DNA of 64,000 bases from Candidatus Babeliales bacterium (GCA_963743635.1 CAVUQO010000003.1:96001-160000), one strand, 5' to 3'; numbered from the stretch's first letter, positions 18,873 through 29,966 are shown. Program-made: numbers and translations. Notes: generated from the sequence alone by a model not told the origin.

Positions 18873-20183
18873 ATGGATGTTTTGGCTGGTTTGAGGTTTG
18901 CAAATGATATGTTAATGGCGCCGTTTGCGCTTTTATTCTTTGCAGTTGCCGTTATCTTAACCATCAGATCTGGGTTTTTGCAGTTTCGCGGATTACCACG
19001 CTTCTTTCAGTTGGTGAGCGGCGGCGTCAAGGAACGACACAGATACGATGAATCAAAGATTAGTTCGTTCCAAGCATTGTTTACTGCAATGGCAGGAACT
19101 ATAGGGATGGGTAACGTTGTTGGGCCGTCGGTGGCAGTATTTCTTGGTGGCCCTGGCGCACTATTTTGGCTCTTAATTTATATTTTCTTTGGATCAGTTA
19201 CTAAATTGACTGAAGTAGTCCTTGCATTACACACGCGTGAACGATTGCCCGATGGTCATATCGTTGGTGGGCCAATGCAATATCTAAAATATGTACATCC
19301 TTTTCTGGGATATTGGTACATGAGCATTGTAGCGTTTCTTTTTGTGGTCTGGTCAGGGCTACAATCAAATACACTCGGACATATTTTTGAGATGGATGGA
19401 GTGCCAAGTTGGGTAGTTGGCATTAGCTTAGCGTTCCTTGTTTATCTAGTGGTTAAAGGTGGTATTCATCGCATTGGTGCCGTGGCAACTGGGTTAGTTC
19501 CATTGATGTTTGTGCTCTATGTTAGCTTTGCATTGTACATTTTATTGCAAGATATACCGGCATTATGTAATGCATTTGTATTGATTGGTTCAAGTATATT
19601 CACTCCTGCCGCTCCAGCAGGAATGTTTGCGGGCGCCTCTATTATGACCGCTATGCAGTGGGGTGTTTATCGCAGTATTCATATTACTGAAGCAGGACTT
19701 GGCAGTTCTTCTATTGCTCATGCTATGTCCGATACTAATAAGCCCTTAGATCAAGGTATTCTTGCAATGGTATCAATGTTTGCCGATGCCATACTTTCTA
19801 TACTTTCAGGACTTCTTGTTTTGGTTACTGGTATTTGGACCCAAGGTGCATTTCGAAGTACGCTCGTATATGAAGTTTTTAAGGGGAGTTCTCCGTTTTA
19901 TGGCGCCGTTGTGTTAGTAATTAGTGTGAGCTTGTTTGTAATTACCACCGTTATAGGTAATACATTTAATGGGATGCAATCATTTGCATCACTTACGCGT
20001 GATCGTTATATGAACTTGTATTTGGGAATCACCTTATTAACCATCATGTGTGGTTCCATGATAGATCCAAGGACTGCATGGAGTATAGCTGATATTATGC
20101 TGACGTTTGTAGTAATTCCTAACATCATCGGCGTCCTTGTTCTCGCATTTCGCCATCCGGCATACTTTAAGTTGGGCAAGTAG
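18873..20183 (+). CDS. Alanine/glycine:cation symporter family protein
   Basis: SSFQAL..AMAGTIGMGN, GGPGALFW, GGPM.Y, EAGLGSS.IAH. Confidence 0.93.
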   Translation: MDVLAGLRFANDMLMAPFALLFFAVAVILTIRSGFLQFRGLPRFFQLVSGGVKERHRYDESKISSFQALFTAMAGTIGMGNVVGPSVAVFLGGPGALFWLLIYIFFGSVTKLTEVVLALHTRERLPDGHIVGGPMQYLKYVHPFLGYWYMSIVAFLFVVWSGLQSNTLGHIFEMDGVPSWVVGISLAFLVYLVVKGGIHRIGAVATGLVPLMFVLYVSFALYILLQDIPALCNAFVLIGSSIFTPAAPAGMFAGASIMTAMQWGVYRSIHITEAGLGSSSIAHAMSDTNKPLDQGILAMVSMFADAILSILSGLLVLVTGIWTQGAFRSTLVYEVFKGSSPFYGAVVLVISVSLFVITTVIGNTFNGMQSFASLTRDRYMNLYLGITLLTIMCGSMIDPRTAWSIADIMLTFVVIPNIIGVLVLAFRHPAYFKLGK

Positions 20184-20195
20184 GCATCTCTATCT

Positions 20196-21374
20196 TTAGT
20201 ATGCAAGATCAGACCATCCATGATGAGAGTATCCATAATGGGAATAGATAATTCTCACTATGATAGTGGCGATGGTGAGTGGTGGTATCCACCAATAATG
20301 GTTCAACCATTCTTGAAAGTTATTTGGGGTATACTCGTTATACTGACTATTGCTTGATACCTGATCCGTAATGATGTCGATTGCATGCAAAATGTCTTCA
20401 ACCTCTATATTTTCAATATTCAGCTCGATGTGATTGAGCGATTCTGTGAGGCCGTTGCCGGAATATAAATGGCGCAATGCTATAAAAATAACGGTCACGA
20501 ATTCTTTTACGAACGCTAAATTATCGATGAATTTATATTCCTGCACTTCTCCCCACATGTTCATTGCTGCATGATGCGTTCCCGATTCTTGCATTGCGCG
20601 TAATAACGATTCAACGCGCACTGATTTCCATGTTGTTTTGCATTGCATGGCGTGATACGGCTTTGCGCTGCGTATAAATCCGATCATCTCCATTGCTTTG
20701 GTTAATCGTTGTATATAATAAAATCGTAACGCTATCTCATCGGTTGAAGCCTCTGATTTGAGATCTAATGGCGGCGCAGGTATATGTTGTTTGTGATGGT
20801 GTATGGCAATACTGTGAGGGTGCGGCACTATCTTTTGCAATTCTTCAGTAATTGCATCAATGGCATCCAGTAATTGCTCTGTTTTTGGCGTTGCCAGTTG
20901 TTGCAATGCAGTTTGATCGTTATTAATGCCGTGGTAATCCAAGGAGGAAAGCACTGTGCGCGTTACGACAAATATTTCTTTGCTAAAATCTTCGATAAAT
21001 ATGTCATCCTCGAGCGACTTGTAGGCCACAAAATCATCCCAGATCATAAAAAGGGGTTTGAGTGTTCTTGTGTTTCTTGTATTCGCTTTAATGAACGAAT
21101 AATGCGTTTGTCATTGAATAGTGATAAATCAAAATCTATCGATCAGAGTGCGAAAAAAAGGAGCACGATGGGCCGATTGTATTTTCAGCAGAATCGCATG
21201 GTTTTATCAAGGCGTGAGATGAAATAATAGCGGCGAAATGTCAGATGTGTGCCCTGATTAATGGTTATATAATTCGATTGTTCGTTGTATTGAAACGGTT
21301 TATTCGGGTAGCGCCATCGCAGGTAACTATCGTGTTGCAGTTGCGAGTAAAATCCATCGGTAAGATAGTATCAT
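20196..21374 (-). pseudogene. Fragmented two-repeat helical protein gene (3' part intact as ORF 20196..21047)
   Basis: AAGGA-ATG at 21374; repeat motif FRRYYFISRLDK out of frame with the 3' ORF that contains LRFYYIQRLTK. Confidence 0.55.
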
Positions 21375-21407
21375 AAGATCCTTTCAGAGCGTTATAACGC
21401 GCATGTT

Positions 21408-22502
21408 TTAACGATAAGATATGCAATCGGCAGTGCGAGCAAGGTGTGAAAAACAATCGGATATCTTGAATCCATTCTTTTTTATTTTTCTTTTCCATAT
21501 TTTGCAGAACATGAGCTTGTCCGTAGTCAGGTCGATTGCATGAAGAATCTCATCAAGAGGAAGTTCATCAATATGTTCATAAAGATCAAGAATGGTGCTC
21601 ATTTCGGTGGTAATGATTTGTTCCGATTCATGGCTTAATTTCACCAACAATAAATCTTTATATACCGTAAAAGCATCATAAGCATTTCTTTTAAAAAATG
21701 GGAATCGCCTGCGTGTCTAAACCGGATAAGTTCTTGCCACATGTGTGCAAGCGGTTCAAGATTTTTTTTAATCAGTATTTGATTAAAGCAGTGATTAATG
21801 CGTTCATGAGAAAAATTTACTCCTGCATCACAGTTGTTAAAATCAATGGCGTTTTTTGCGGTGACTTGGAAATGGATCTCGAATGAGTGCAAGGAGTTGC
21901 ATTGCTTTATCAAGCCGCTGAATAAGATAATAATTGAGTGCGACATCATCGGTAGTTAGCTGTTCGTGATCGAGAAACCTCTGTTTAAAAACCTCCTTGG
22001 TTTTCGTGCGCAGGCGCATCTATCGATATTTTTATCGAATCAGGCCGAGCATTTCTTCTATGTGAGAAGGAGGAGGGGTGATGGGCAATTCTTCTCTATC
22101 GAAAATAGGATCTGTTTTATGATGCGCTGGTTTTTCAACCGATTTATAAACATAAAAAGCAGCTTGATGAAATCTTTGTGAAACACCGGGTCGTTTATAT
22201 GCCGATGCGTATTCATCTGGATGCCACAAATCTAGAAAGGGTTCTATGGTGCGATTTTTTGATTGCCTGGATGTGTTCTTTTATTACCGCATTTTCAATG
22301 TATTGAGTGGAAAGCTTATTGAAGTTAATATGTTTCCATAAGGCGGTATTATGTATATAGGTGCGTCGGCTCTTCGCATGCGTTTAATGAGGTAGTAGCG
22401 ATAATACACTTCACGCGTAAATGGATTAATCAGTTTTTCATCGAATTCGAAATCCATAACACTGCTACTGATACATACCGCGCCAATCAAAAGTAATCTC
22501 AT
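21408..22502 (-). pseudogene. Fragmented paralog of the adjacent gene
   Basis: Homologous blocks YYRYYLIKRM, DDVALNYYLIQRLDKAM, LEPL..MW, EILHAIDL.TD are split across frames. Confidence 0.55.
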
Positions 22503-22577
22503 ACCTCAGTCCCCTTCTTTTAAGCTACCTTATAAAAGGTATAGCACAGACGAGGTACGATTTGATATTATCTAGAG

Positions 22578-23324
22578 TTATGGACGAGCTATAATTATGA
22601 TAGCAGGCTTGGATGATTCTTTTTCGTATTGCAGCTGTTTGTATATCAATAAGCCGTAATTTTTTTGAATTTTTTTGCGAAGGGATTCGACTTCTTGGTC
22701 TTTTGTCTCTTTTGTATCTATGGTGAATGCATTAACTTCAGCTTGAACCTTATGGAGCAGTGGAGTAACAATGCAGACCTCTTCTTTTTTCTGTCTTTCG
22801 ATGAATGCAAGCAGCGCATGACCGAGTCCAAGGCGTAATTCATGAGCGAGTGGCGCTAATTCTTCATCACCAGCCGTTTCTTTATCAAAATTATTAACTT
22901 CATCTCTCAGGCTCGATAAGTTTTCAATTTGCTGATTTTTGCTCAGTAGATTGCGAGCATCTCGTTCATCAGTCGGCTCATTGAGAGTCGCTATTAGTTT
23001 TTGTGCTATCACGCTTCCGACACCCTGCATTGCCCCTTGAAAAACGCCTTGCACCGCTCCTTCAGCAGCAGCCTTTGCAAGAATTCCGGCAGCATTAACA
23101 ACGGGATTGTCGCTTACTGTTTGAGCCGTGAAGGTTGGTTGCTGGTGCGTGTGATACGTATTTTGTCCCGTGCTGTGCATAAAAACGTGTGGCGTATGAA
23201 CATTGGTTTCACCAGAACTGATATTGGTGCCTTGCTGTATCGGCCTTGGTGTTTCACCTTCCATAGCAAACATTGTTGCATTGATTGAAATAAGCGCCAC
23301 GATAAGACATTGTTTTTTGAACAT
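22578..23324 (-). CDS. Secreted hypothetical protein (MFA-MEG)
   Basis: 248-aa ORF with signal peptide and a Gly/Ala-rich helix. Confidence 0.7.
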   Translation of the reverse strand: MFKKQCLIVALISINATMFAMEGETPRPIQQGTNISSGETNVHTPHVFMHSTGQNTYHTHQQPTFTAQTVSDNPVVNAAGILAKAAAEGAVQGVFQGAMQGVGSVIAQKLIATLNEPTDERDARNLLSKNQQIENLSSLRDEVNNFDKETAGDEELAPLAHELRLGLGHALLAFIERQKKEEVCIVTPLLHKVQAEVNAFTIDTKETKDQEVESLRKKIQKNYGLLIYKQLQYEKESSKPAIIIIARP

Positions 23325-23437
23325 AAGAAACCTTCTAGGAAGTAATACTGCAGAGTACGCATGTTTTTTACTATTTTATCGTGGCTTAGTGTATAGTTTT
23401 GGCGCGAAGAATGCAAAATATAATGGCTATATCAGTC

Positions 23438-23935
23438 TTATTCGATGGCTATCTCGCCAACCAAGATCTCAGCAGCTTCTTTCTTTCCAAAAGCAGCTTC
23501 AAGAAGTTCCCGTTCTTTTGCGAGCATGACCTTATATTCAGAATCCTTCATATGATCATAGCCAAGCAAATGGCAGATGCCATGCACCAGGAGGCGGCGC
23601 ATGCGGCGCTCAAAAGTAATTCCTAAACGCTCCGCATCTTTTTTTACATACGCAGCGGAAATGATTAGATCGCCCAAATTTTCATCCTCAGGTTCTTTGA
23701 CCTTGATGCGTTTACCCGCCTTGAGCGTGTCATGGTAGGGGAATGAGAGAATATCGGTTGGTTTATCTTTGTGCCGATAATCCCGATTATATTTTTGAAT
23801 CGTGGTGTTCGTAGTGATCCAAATCCCGAGATCAAAATCTTCATAATCTAGCGCAGTGAGGAACTTCTGCGCATCTTTTTTAAGCTGCGCAGCATCGATC
23901 TTAATGCTGCGTTGGGTGTTTTTAATCTGTATCAT
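23438..23935 (-). CDS. ybeY: rRNA maturation endoribonuclease YbeY
   Basis: YR.KDKPTDILSF, LGDLIIS, HGICHLLGYDH. Confidence 0.96.
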   Translation of the reverse strand: MIQIKNTQRSIKIDAAQLKKDAQKFLTALDYEDFDLGIWITTNTTIQKYNRDYRHKDKPTDILSFPYHDTLKAGKRIKVKEPEDENLGDLIISAAYVKKDAERLGITFERRMRRLLVHGICHLLGYDHMKDSEYKVMLAKERELLEAAFGKKEAAEILVGEIAIE

Positions 23936-23936
23936 A

Positions 23937-24272
23937 ACGTGAACTCAATGTAAGTAACCTAATATTAAATGGTGATTTCATCATGAAATAAGTAAAATCC
24001 TCTCCTCCGTTCGTCTCGAGTGTTTCTATTCCTACGCGCAGCGTAGGAGAGAAATGTGCGAGAGATTTTAAATCAGATAATTCATATTTTAGTATGAAAT
24101 GCTTGGAAATTTTATGAGGAATATTATTTATCCACAATCTCTCGCACATTTCTCTCCCTTCGTCCTTCATTCCTTCGCTAAGCTCAGGATCAGGACTCGT
24201 GATAGAAACACTCGAGACGAACGGGATAAGGAATAATTCTTTATCTATTAAGTTCGTAGATCGAGTTTTCGT
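23937..24272. mobile_element. MITE-like non-autonomous insertion between valS and ybeY
   Basis: Imperfect terminal inverted repeats ACGTGAACTCAAT / ATCGAGTTTTCGT, flanking direct repeat TATCATA (23930-36, 24273-79), internal inverted doublet. Confidence 0.75.
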
Positions 24273-24274
24273 TA

Positions 24275-26758
24275 TCATACTTTAGCCTGCGCTTCACTCA
24301 CCGCAACATGTGCGCGCCATAATTCACCAATTTGCTCAATAGAGTTCGCGTCACGCTTAGTTGTTACATAGGAGATGGTTTGTGCGCGGGTTGATCCCTT
24401 GATAAGTTGTTCATGTTTTTTGAGTTGTTCATGTAATGCAGGAGAACCATAGATTACGAGCGAGCTCAAATCAGCCTTGAGTGAAAGTTGCTGTTCGGTT
24501 TTGAGTTTGCGTACGGTGCCGATAATGTCGATAAACTGACGCATGGTGTTCGCACTGTCCGGGTATTGCGCGGTCTGCACGCCAAAACGTGTTTGATGCA
24601 AGGAGTTAACCTCAAAACTCTTTCGGTATAACTCTTGATAAATCGTTTCCGTTACAAATGGCAAGTATGGCGCATAAAGTTGCAGAATGCGTAAGCCAAC
24701 GGTGTAAAGCGTGTAGCGCGTTGCTTCCACTTCCTCTTTGCTATAAAGATCAGGATTGAATAATTGATCTTTGACGATCTCAAGATAATTGTCGCAGAAA
24801 TCATTCCAGAAGAACTGTTCAACGCTATTGAGCGCTAAACTGAATTCGTCATTTGCAAAATATGATTCGTACGCCGCGAAAGTTTTCGCTGCAGAATCAA
24901 TGATCCATTCATTGCATACACCAAGCTTCTCAGGAGCTTTAGTTTTTGGCTCATAGAGCGCGATATGATCTTTGGTGAATATGAATGCATTCCACAGCTT
25001 TGTAATGAGGCGGTGGCCAAGTTTGAGTTGTTGCTCGGAGAATGCAGTGTCTTGCCCTAACGTGCCCGATGCTGCCCAAAAGCGTATTGCGTCAGCGGAG
25101 TGCTGAGCGAGTAGCTCTTCCGGAGTGACTGCTTTTTGGCCTTTTGATTTTGATAATTTTTCTTTGTTATCACTCAGCACGTGACCAGTAACCACAATGT
25201 TGTGCCATGGAGTGGTATCGTTATGCATCCATGCTTTAATGATGGTGTAGAATCCCCAGGTACGAATAATATCATGACCTTGTGGACGCATGCCCATTGG
25301 CAAAAATTCTGCAATGCGCGGATCAGTAAACGGTGATTTCATATCATCGTAAAAATATGATGCGCAAATATACGGCGTCAGTGATGAAGTGTTCCATGTA
25401 TCCATGACGTCAGTATCTGGAGCTATATCGCTACTCTTGCATTCAGGGCAGGTTTTGCCGGGATATGCGGTTTCTTGCGGATCGATTGGCAATTGGCTTT
25501 CATCAGCGAGTAGAATTGCTTTGCATTGTTTGCAATGCCACGCCGGAAATGGAATGCCAAAGAATCGTTGGCGTGAAAGACCCCAATCCCATCCAATATT
25601 TTCAACCCAGTTTTTATATCGAGATTTCATGAATCCAGGATGCCAGGTAATTTGATCGGCGAGTTCAAGGAGTTTTTTCTTATGATCCATAATATTTAAG
25701 AACCATTGCGGCACTTCAATATATTCGATTTCTTTTTTGCAGCGTTCATGAACGTTTACTGAATGTTTAATCGGGCGTTGGCGAATCAGTAAATTCTTTG
25801 CTTTGAGTACTTCAAGAATGAGTGCGCGTGCAGCTTCAACTTTTAGTCCGGCTAAAATGCCAGTATTATCGGCCCATTTGCCATAAGGCAAAATCGATTC
25901 TTTGTACGGCAGTGTATATTTCTTGTACCATTCAATATCGGTCTTATCGCCAAAAGTGCAGCACATTACAAGGCCCGTTCCCTTTTCAGGATCAACTGCC
26001 TCATCAGCAAATACCGGCACTTCATATTCAAAAATAGGCACTATTGCCTTGGTATTTTTTAAGTATTGATAACGCACGTCATCCGGATGATAAAAGAGCG
26101 CAACGCAGGATGAAAGTAGTTCTGGACGGGTGGTGCCGATTAATAAATCGTTGCCTTTATGATCTTTAAAGACGATATCATTAAAGAAGGAATCTTTTTC
26201 CATATCATCAAGTTCAGCTTGCGCAACGGATGTTTGGCAGGTGGTGCAAAAGAGCGCAGGTTCTTGTTTGCGATAGATGAATCCCTTTTTATAGAGACGG
26301 ATAAATGATTCTTGGGAGATAGCGCGAACACGATCAGATATCGTTGAGTAACATCGATTCCAATCGGGGGAAAGGCCCATGCGCTGCCATAATGCCTTGA
26401 ACTGCTCTTCTGCCTCATGAGTTTCTGCAAGGCAAAGTTTGATAAATTCAGAGCGTGAAAATTGATGAGCGCTCTTTTGAATTTTTTTCTCAACGTACCG
26501 TTCAGTCGGCAGGCCGTTATCATCAAAACCACATGAATAATAGACAGAAAAACCGCTCATGCGTTTGTAGCGAACGATAACATCAGTTTGGCTATACGAG
26601 AAGATATGCCCAATATGAAGTGATCCAGATACCGTTGGAGGTGGCGCGTCAACGCTATAAAGTGGTCCTGGGTTATTTTCGGCTGTATAAGTTTGTTCTC
26701 GTTCCCAGAGGGCTTGCGCTTTTTCCTGGGCAATCGTGTGTTCGTATCGTTTATCCAT
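24275..26758 (-). CDS. valS: Valine--tRNA ligase, type 2 (archaeal/rickettsial-like)
   Basis: PPPTVSGSLHIGH, GFDDNGLPTER, GTGLVMCCTFGD, DWGLSRQR, KLSKS; 827 aa without the C-terminal coiled coil. Confidence 0.95.
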   Translation of the reverse strand: MDKRYEHTIAQEKAQALWEREQTYTAENNPGPLYSVDAPPPTVSGSLHIGHIFSYSQTDVIVRYKRMSGFSVYYSCGFDDNGLPTERYVEKKIQKSAHQFSRSEFIKLCLAETHEAEEQFKALWQRMGLSPDWNRCYSTISDRVRAISQESFIRLYKKGFIYRKQEPALFCTTCQTSVAQAELDDMEKDSFFNDIVFKDHKGNDLLIGTTRPELLSSCVALFYHPDDVRYQYLKNTKAIVPIFEYEVPVFADEAVDPEKGTGLVMCCTFGDKTDIEWYKKYTLPYKESILPYGKWADNTGILAGLKVEAARALILEVLKAKNLLIRQRPIKHSVNVHERCKKEIEYIEVPQWFLNIMDHKKKLLELADQITWHPGFMKSRYKNWVENIGWDWGLSRQRFFGIPFPAWHCKQCKAILLADESQLPIDPQETAYPGKTCPECKSSDIAPDTDVMDTWNTSSLTPYICASYFYDDMKSPFTDPRIAEFLPMGMRPQGHDIIRTWGFYTIIKAWMHNDTTPWHNIVVTGHVLSDNKEKLSKSKGQKAVTPEELLAQHSADAIRFWAASGTLGQDTAFSEQQLKLGHRLITKLWNAFIFTKDHIALYEPKTKAPEKLGVCNEWIIDSAAKTFAAYESYFANDEFSLALNSVEQFFWNDFCDNYLEIVKDQLFNPDLYSKEEVEATRYTLYTVGLRILQLYAPYLPFVTETIYQELYRKSFEVNSLHQTRFGVQTAQYPDSANTMRQFIDIIGTVRKLKTEQQLSLKADLSSLVIYGSPALHEQLKKHEQLIKGSTRAQTISYVTTKRDANSIEQIGELWRAHVAVSEAQAKV

Positions 26759-26979
26759 GGATATATACTCAAAAATAGTCTTTAAATAGGCCTTATTAGT
26801 GTTCAGTGTAACACATGTAATTCTAGGGTCAAAAAGGGGATCGATGACTTGCCCTGCCTAAGGGTTTTGGCCGTCTATAGCTGGCCAATACGGTTTTTTT
26901 ATCTTTTAGGTCTGGTATACTAGAGGTTATAAGTTAATTTTTTTGTTAAATGTATCCTTTTTTAAAGTATGAGGTCGCG

Positions 26980-27720
26980 ATGAAACGTATCTATTTTTCA
27001 GGTTTGTTTATGGTATGCGGTATTGCGCTAGCGGTTGGGTTAAGTAATAAGGTAACGCAAAAAGTAACGCAATCGGTACAATCGGTACATGCTATTTCTG
27101 AAACGGAAACAAGTACCACTGAGTATCCATTTTCTGCCAACGGAACATTGAATGTTAATAATACCAATGGTTCAATTACTATCGAAAAGCATGATGCAGA
27201 TACGCTTGTTATAGAAAGTGTAAAGACGACGCATATAGGACATCTGAATGATATCGAAATTAAGATTTCAGTCATTAATGATGTTGCCACCATAGAAACA
27301 ATCGAGAAAAATCCACATTTAAAAGAAATCTGTACGCATGGGGCATCTGTGGATTATGTAATTAAGGTTCCTGCAAACACCATCGTACGTGCGAACAATG
27401 TGAATGGTTCTATCTCGAGCACAGGTATTAAAAACATTACTGCGCATACCGTCAATGGTTCAATCGATACTGATAACGTTGAACAAGCTCAATTAGAAAC
27501 AATATCGGGTGAAGTTTCAGCATCATTTTCGGGATCAGTGAAAGAAAGTTCTTTAAAATCAATCAATGGCAGCGTTAACGTTTCATTGCCTGCTTCATAT
27601 CAAGGATCAGTTGCTGCGAGTGCCATCAATGGCGCAGTGCATTCAGATTTCCCACGCGCTTGCAATGCGCAAGTTAATCTTGAAACTACTAATGGCAGTA
27701 TTCAGGCTATAAGAAGTTAA
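26980..27720 (+). CDS. DUF4097-like beta-strand repeat protein
   Basis: N-terminal anchor; repeated T/V/I-NGSI motifs; VDYVIKVP. Confidence 0.8.
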   Translation: MKRIYFSGLFMVCGIALAVGLSNKVTQKVTQSVQSVHAISETETSTTEYPFSANGTLNVNNTNGSITIEKHDADTLVIESVKTTHIGHLNDIEIKISVINDVATIETIEKNPHLKEICTHGASVDYVIKVPANTIVRANNVNGSISSTGIKNITAHTVNGSIDTDNVEQAQLETISGEVSASFSGSVKESSLKSINGSVNVSLPASYQGSVAASAINGAVHSDFPRACNAQVNLETTNGSIQAIRS

Positions 27721-27884
27721 GTAGTTAAGTATTGAGATTTTTTGGCCCTCTGATTTGTAAAAATCAGGGGGTTTTTGTATACGAAGTTCTGTGAGCCAAA
27801 TTTAAAAAGTGCTTAAAAAAAGATAAACTTCCTTCAATGAATCAGTAAGAAGCAAAGGAAGGAAGCAGGAATGATAGGACTTTA

Positions 27885-28883
27885 TTATGTCTTTTCATCA
27901 GATTCTGTCTTGGATACCTCATCATTCTGTTCATTCTTATTTTCTAATGCAAGACGACGAGCTTTAAGGCGCTCTGCACGGAAGTAAGGACTCGGGTGTT
28001 CGTCATGCAAATATAAAAGTTCTGTAAGCTGAGGGTATTTTTCCCAGAATGTATAAGGAATAAGAGATGTAAACGGTCTCTGATACCAAGGGAATGCAGA
28101 AGGATAATGTTTAAGCATTACCATTGTAGTATCGTGTAATTCTCTGTGTGTTTTTTCACTGGCTTCTAATAATTCAGCATCGTTGGGGATTGCATCATCG
28201 GCACGCATTTCATCATATTTAGAATATAATGTCGTTGCCATGGTATGGGCCAAATACATACCTGCTCCTACGAGCGTGGCAGCGCAACATTGTAGAAAAT
28301 TATTTTTGGGCATAGAAAGCATTATTTTAATTGCTGCAGCGTTGGTTATGAGGCTGCTTGCAAGTATGGCATTTGGTTTATTGCTTGATGAGTTATTTTT
28401 CATATGTCCAAGTTCATGATGGAATGTTGCTTTTAACCAATTTATTCGATCTTTATCGACTGTGTTATCTGGATTCATCGAATCTAAAAGCGTTTCGTAA
28501 TATTTTTTCTTAATGAGAACCAGGTTTAAGTCTGTAAATGTCCCCATAACATCCATTTTTTCTGATGGAAGGATAGTGATGTTCTTTAATCCGTGATGTT
28601 TATCTGCCAAGTCTTTTAAATGGCTTTGTAATGCAGGTTCATAGTCTTTGACGTCAGAGGCAAGTTCAACATCGTGGAGTTTTCCGCTGTTGTCATTTTT
28701 CTTAACATCATATGGTCGCAGACATATTTCAGGGCACAATTTTCTTAGAGCGTATTGCGCAGCGGTGATAGCCATTGCTGCCATCGGCAGTATAGTTGGA
28801 TCAAAGGTTATGCTCTTCGCGGGGACGGTTTGCCCCAAAAATGCTCCTGCAAGCAGGAATGAGAATATTTTATTCATTTTCAT
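27885..28883 (-). CDS. Secreted zinc metalloprotease, M48-like
   Basis: HELGH, E..AD, HP....R motifs; signal peptide. Confidence 0.75.
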   Translation of the reverse strand: MKMNKIFSFLLAGAFLGQTVPAKSITFDPTILPMAAMAITAAQYALRKLCPEICLRPYDVKKNDNSGKLHDVELASDVKDYEPALQSHLKDLADKHHGLKNITILPSEKMDVMGTFTDLNLVLIKKKYYETLLDSMNPDNTVDKDRINWLKATFHHELGHMKNNSSSNKPNAILASSLITNAAAIKIMLSMPKNNFLQCCAATLVGAGMYLAHTMATTLYSKYDEMRADDAIPNDAELLEASEKTHRELHDTTMVMLKHYPSAFPWYQRPFTSLIPYTFWEKYPQLTELLYLHDEHPSPYFRAERLKARRLALENKNEQNDEVSKTESDEKT

Positions 28884-29090
28884 GGTTATTTACCTTAATG
28901 AGACTTTAAATAGCCTATTTGAGCTCTATATCATACTAAAAGTATACCATGTGTTTCCCAGGTAGAAAAATGCCCCATAAAGAGAGCTTCTAGGAGCGCT
29001 TATCGTATTTTTTGAACCTGGGGTGGGGCGATTAAAAAATGGAATTACAGCCAAGAAGGTGTTTTATAGGTTAAAATTAAATGATAATTA

Positions 29091-29347
29091 TCCTATTCGG
29101 GATTAGTAAAACAGAGTTCTTTAAAATTAATTAACGGCAGTATTAACATTTCACTGCCTGCTTTATACCAAGGATCAGTTGCTGCGAGTGCCATAAATGG
29201 CGCAGTGCATTCAGATTTCCCACGCGCTTGCAATGCGCAAGTTAATCTTGAAACTACTAATGGCAGTATTCAGGCTATAAGAAGTTAAGTAGTTAAGTAC
29301 TGAGATTTTTTGGCCCTCTGATTTGTAAAAATCAGGGGGGTTTTTAT
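29091..29347 (+). repeat. Duplicated 3' end and terminator of the DUF4097 gene
   Basis: Homologous to about 27523..27777; no start codon or 5' part present. Confidence 0.9.
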
Positions 29348-29471
29348 ATGTTTTTTCCCAATTGTGCCGCTTGCAGTAAGAATAATTTAGGCCGGCGATA
29401 GCTATTGCCCAAAGATTGGATCAAAAAGGATTATGCTGGGTTGTTGATCAATGTAGAGTAAGGGTAAGAGA

Positions 29472-29966
29472 TTATTTCAGGATTGTTTTTATCGTATTGT
29501 AGATTTCTATATGGTCGAGATAAAGATGTTCGTTTTTAACTATAACATATAGATGTTTTTCTATATCGCATTGATTATTGAGATTATTGAATTCTTTTTT
29601 ATATTGTTCGATGTGATTTTTCAAATTCACATCAGTTTTAATTTTTGCGAGTAAAGGCTTTGCTTGCTGAAGCCAAGCAGGCATCACCTTGTTAGCTTCT
29701 GTTATAGATTTTTCTGCTTGAATGGCCCAACCTTGCACTTTTCCAGCTGTTTTTGTGTCCATTGCCGATTTATCTTCGCTATTCCTGTGCATCACCTTGT
29801 CAGCTTCATCTACAGCTTTATCAGTATCACGAGCTGTATTCTTCCCGTGAGTATGAATTATGCCTTGTATGATGGCTGTAGTTATAAAAACTTTATCCAT
29901 GGCGCATGCTACACTGCCAAGCGTCAGGCCTAACGATGCAATTACTGATAACAATTTGTGATTCAT
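29472..29966 (-). CDS. Secreted hypothetical protein (ACA-MDK)
   Basis: AAGGAG RBS, signal peptide. Confidence 0.7.
   Translation of the reverse strand: MNHKLLSVIASLGLTLGSVACAMDKVFITTAIIQGIIHTHGKNTARDTDKAVDEADKVMHRNSEDKSAMDTKTAGKVQGWAIQAEKSITEANKVMPAWLQQAKPLLAKIKTDVNLKNHIEQYKKEFNNLNNQCDIEKHLYVIVKNEHLYLDHIEIYNTIKTILK

Noticed and set aside
24128..24136. DnaA box TTATCCACA suggesting oriC
   Set aside because: Single box inside a repeat element; no cluster of boxes or dnaA in the window
27523..29347. Diversity-generating retroelement TR/VR pair
   Set aside because: Differences are not adenine-specific (many C/T changes) and no reverse transcriptase is present
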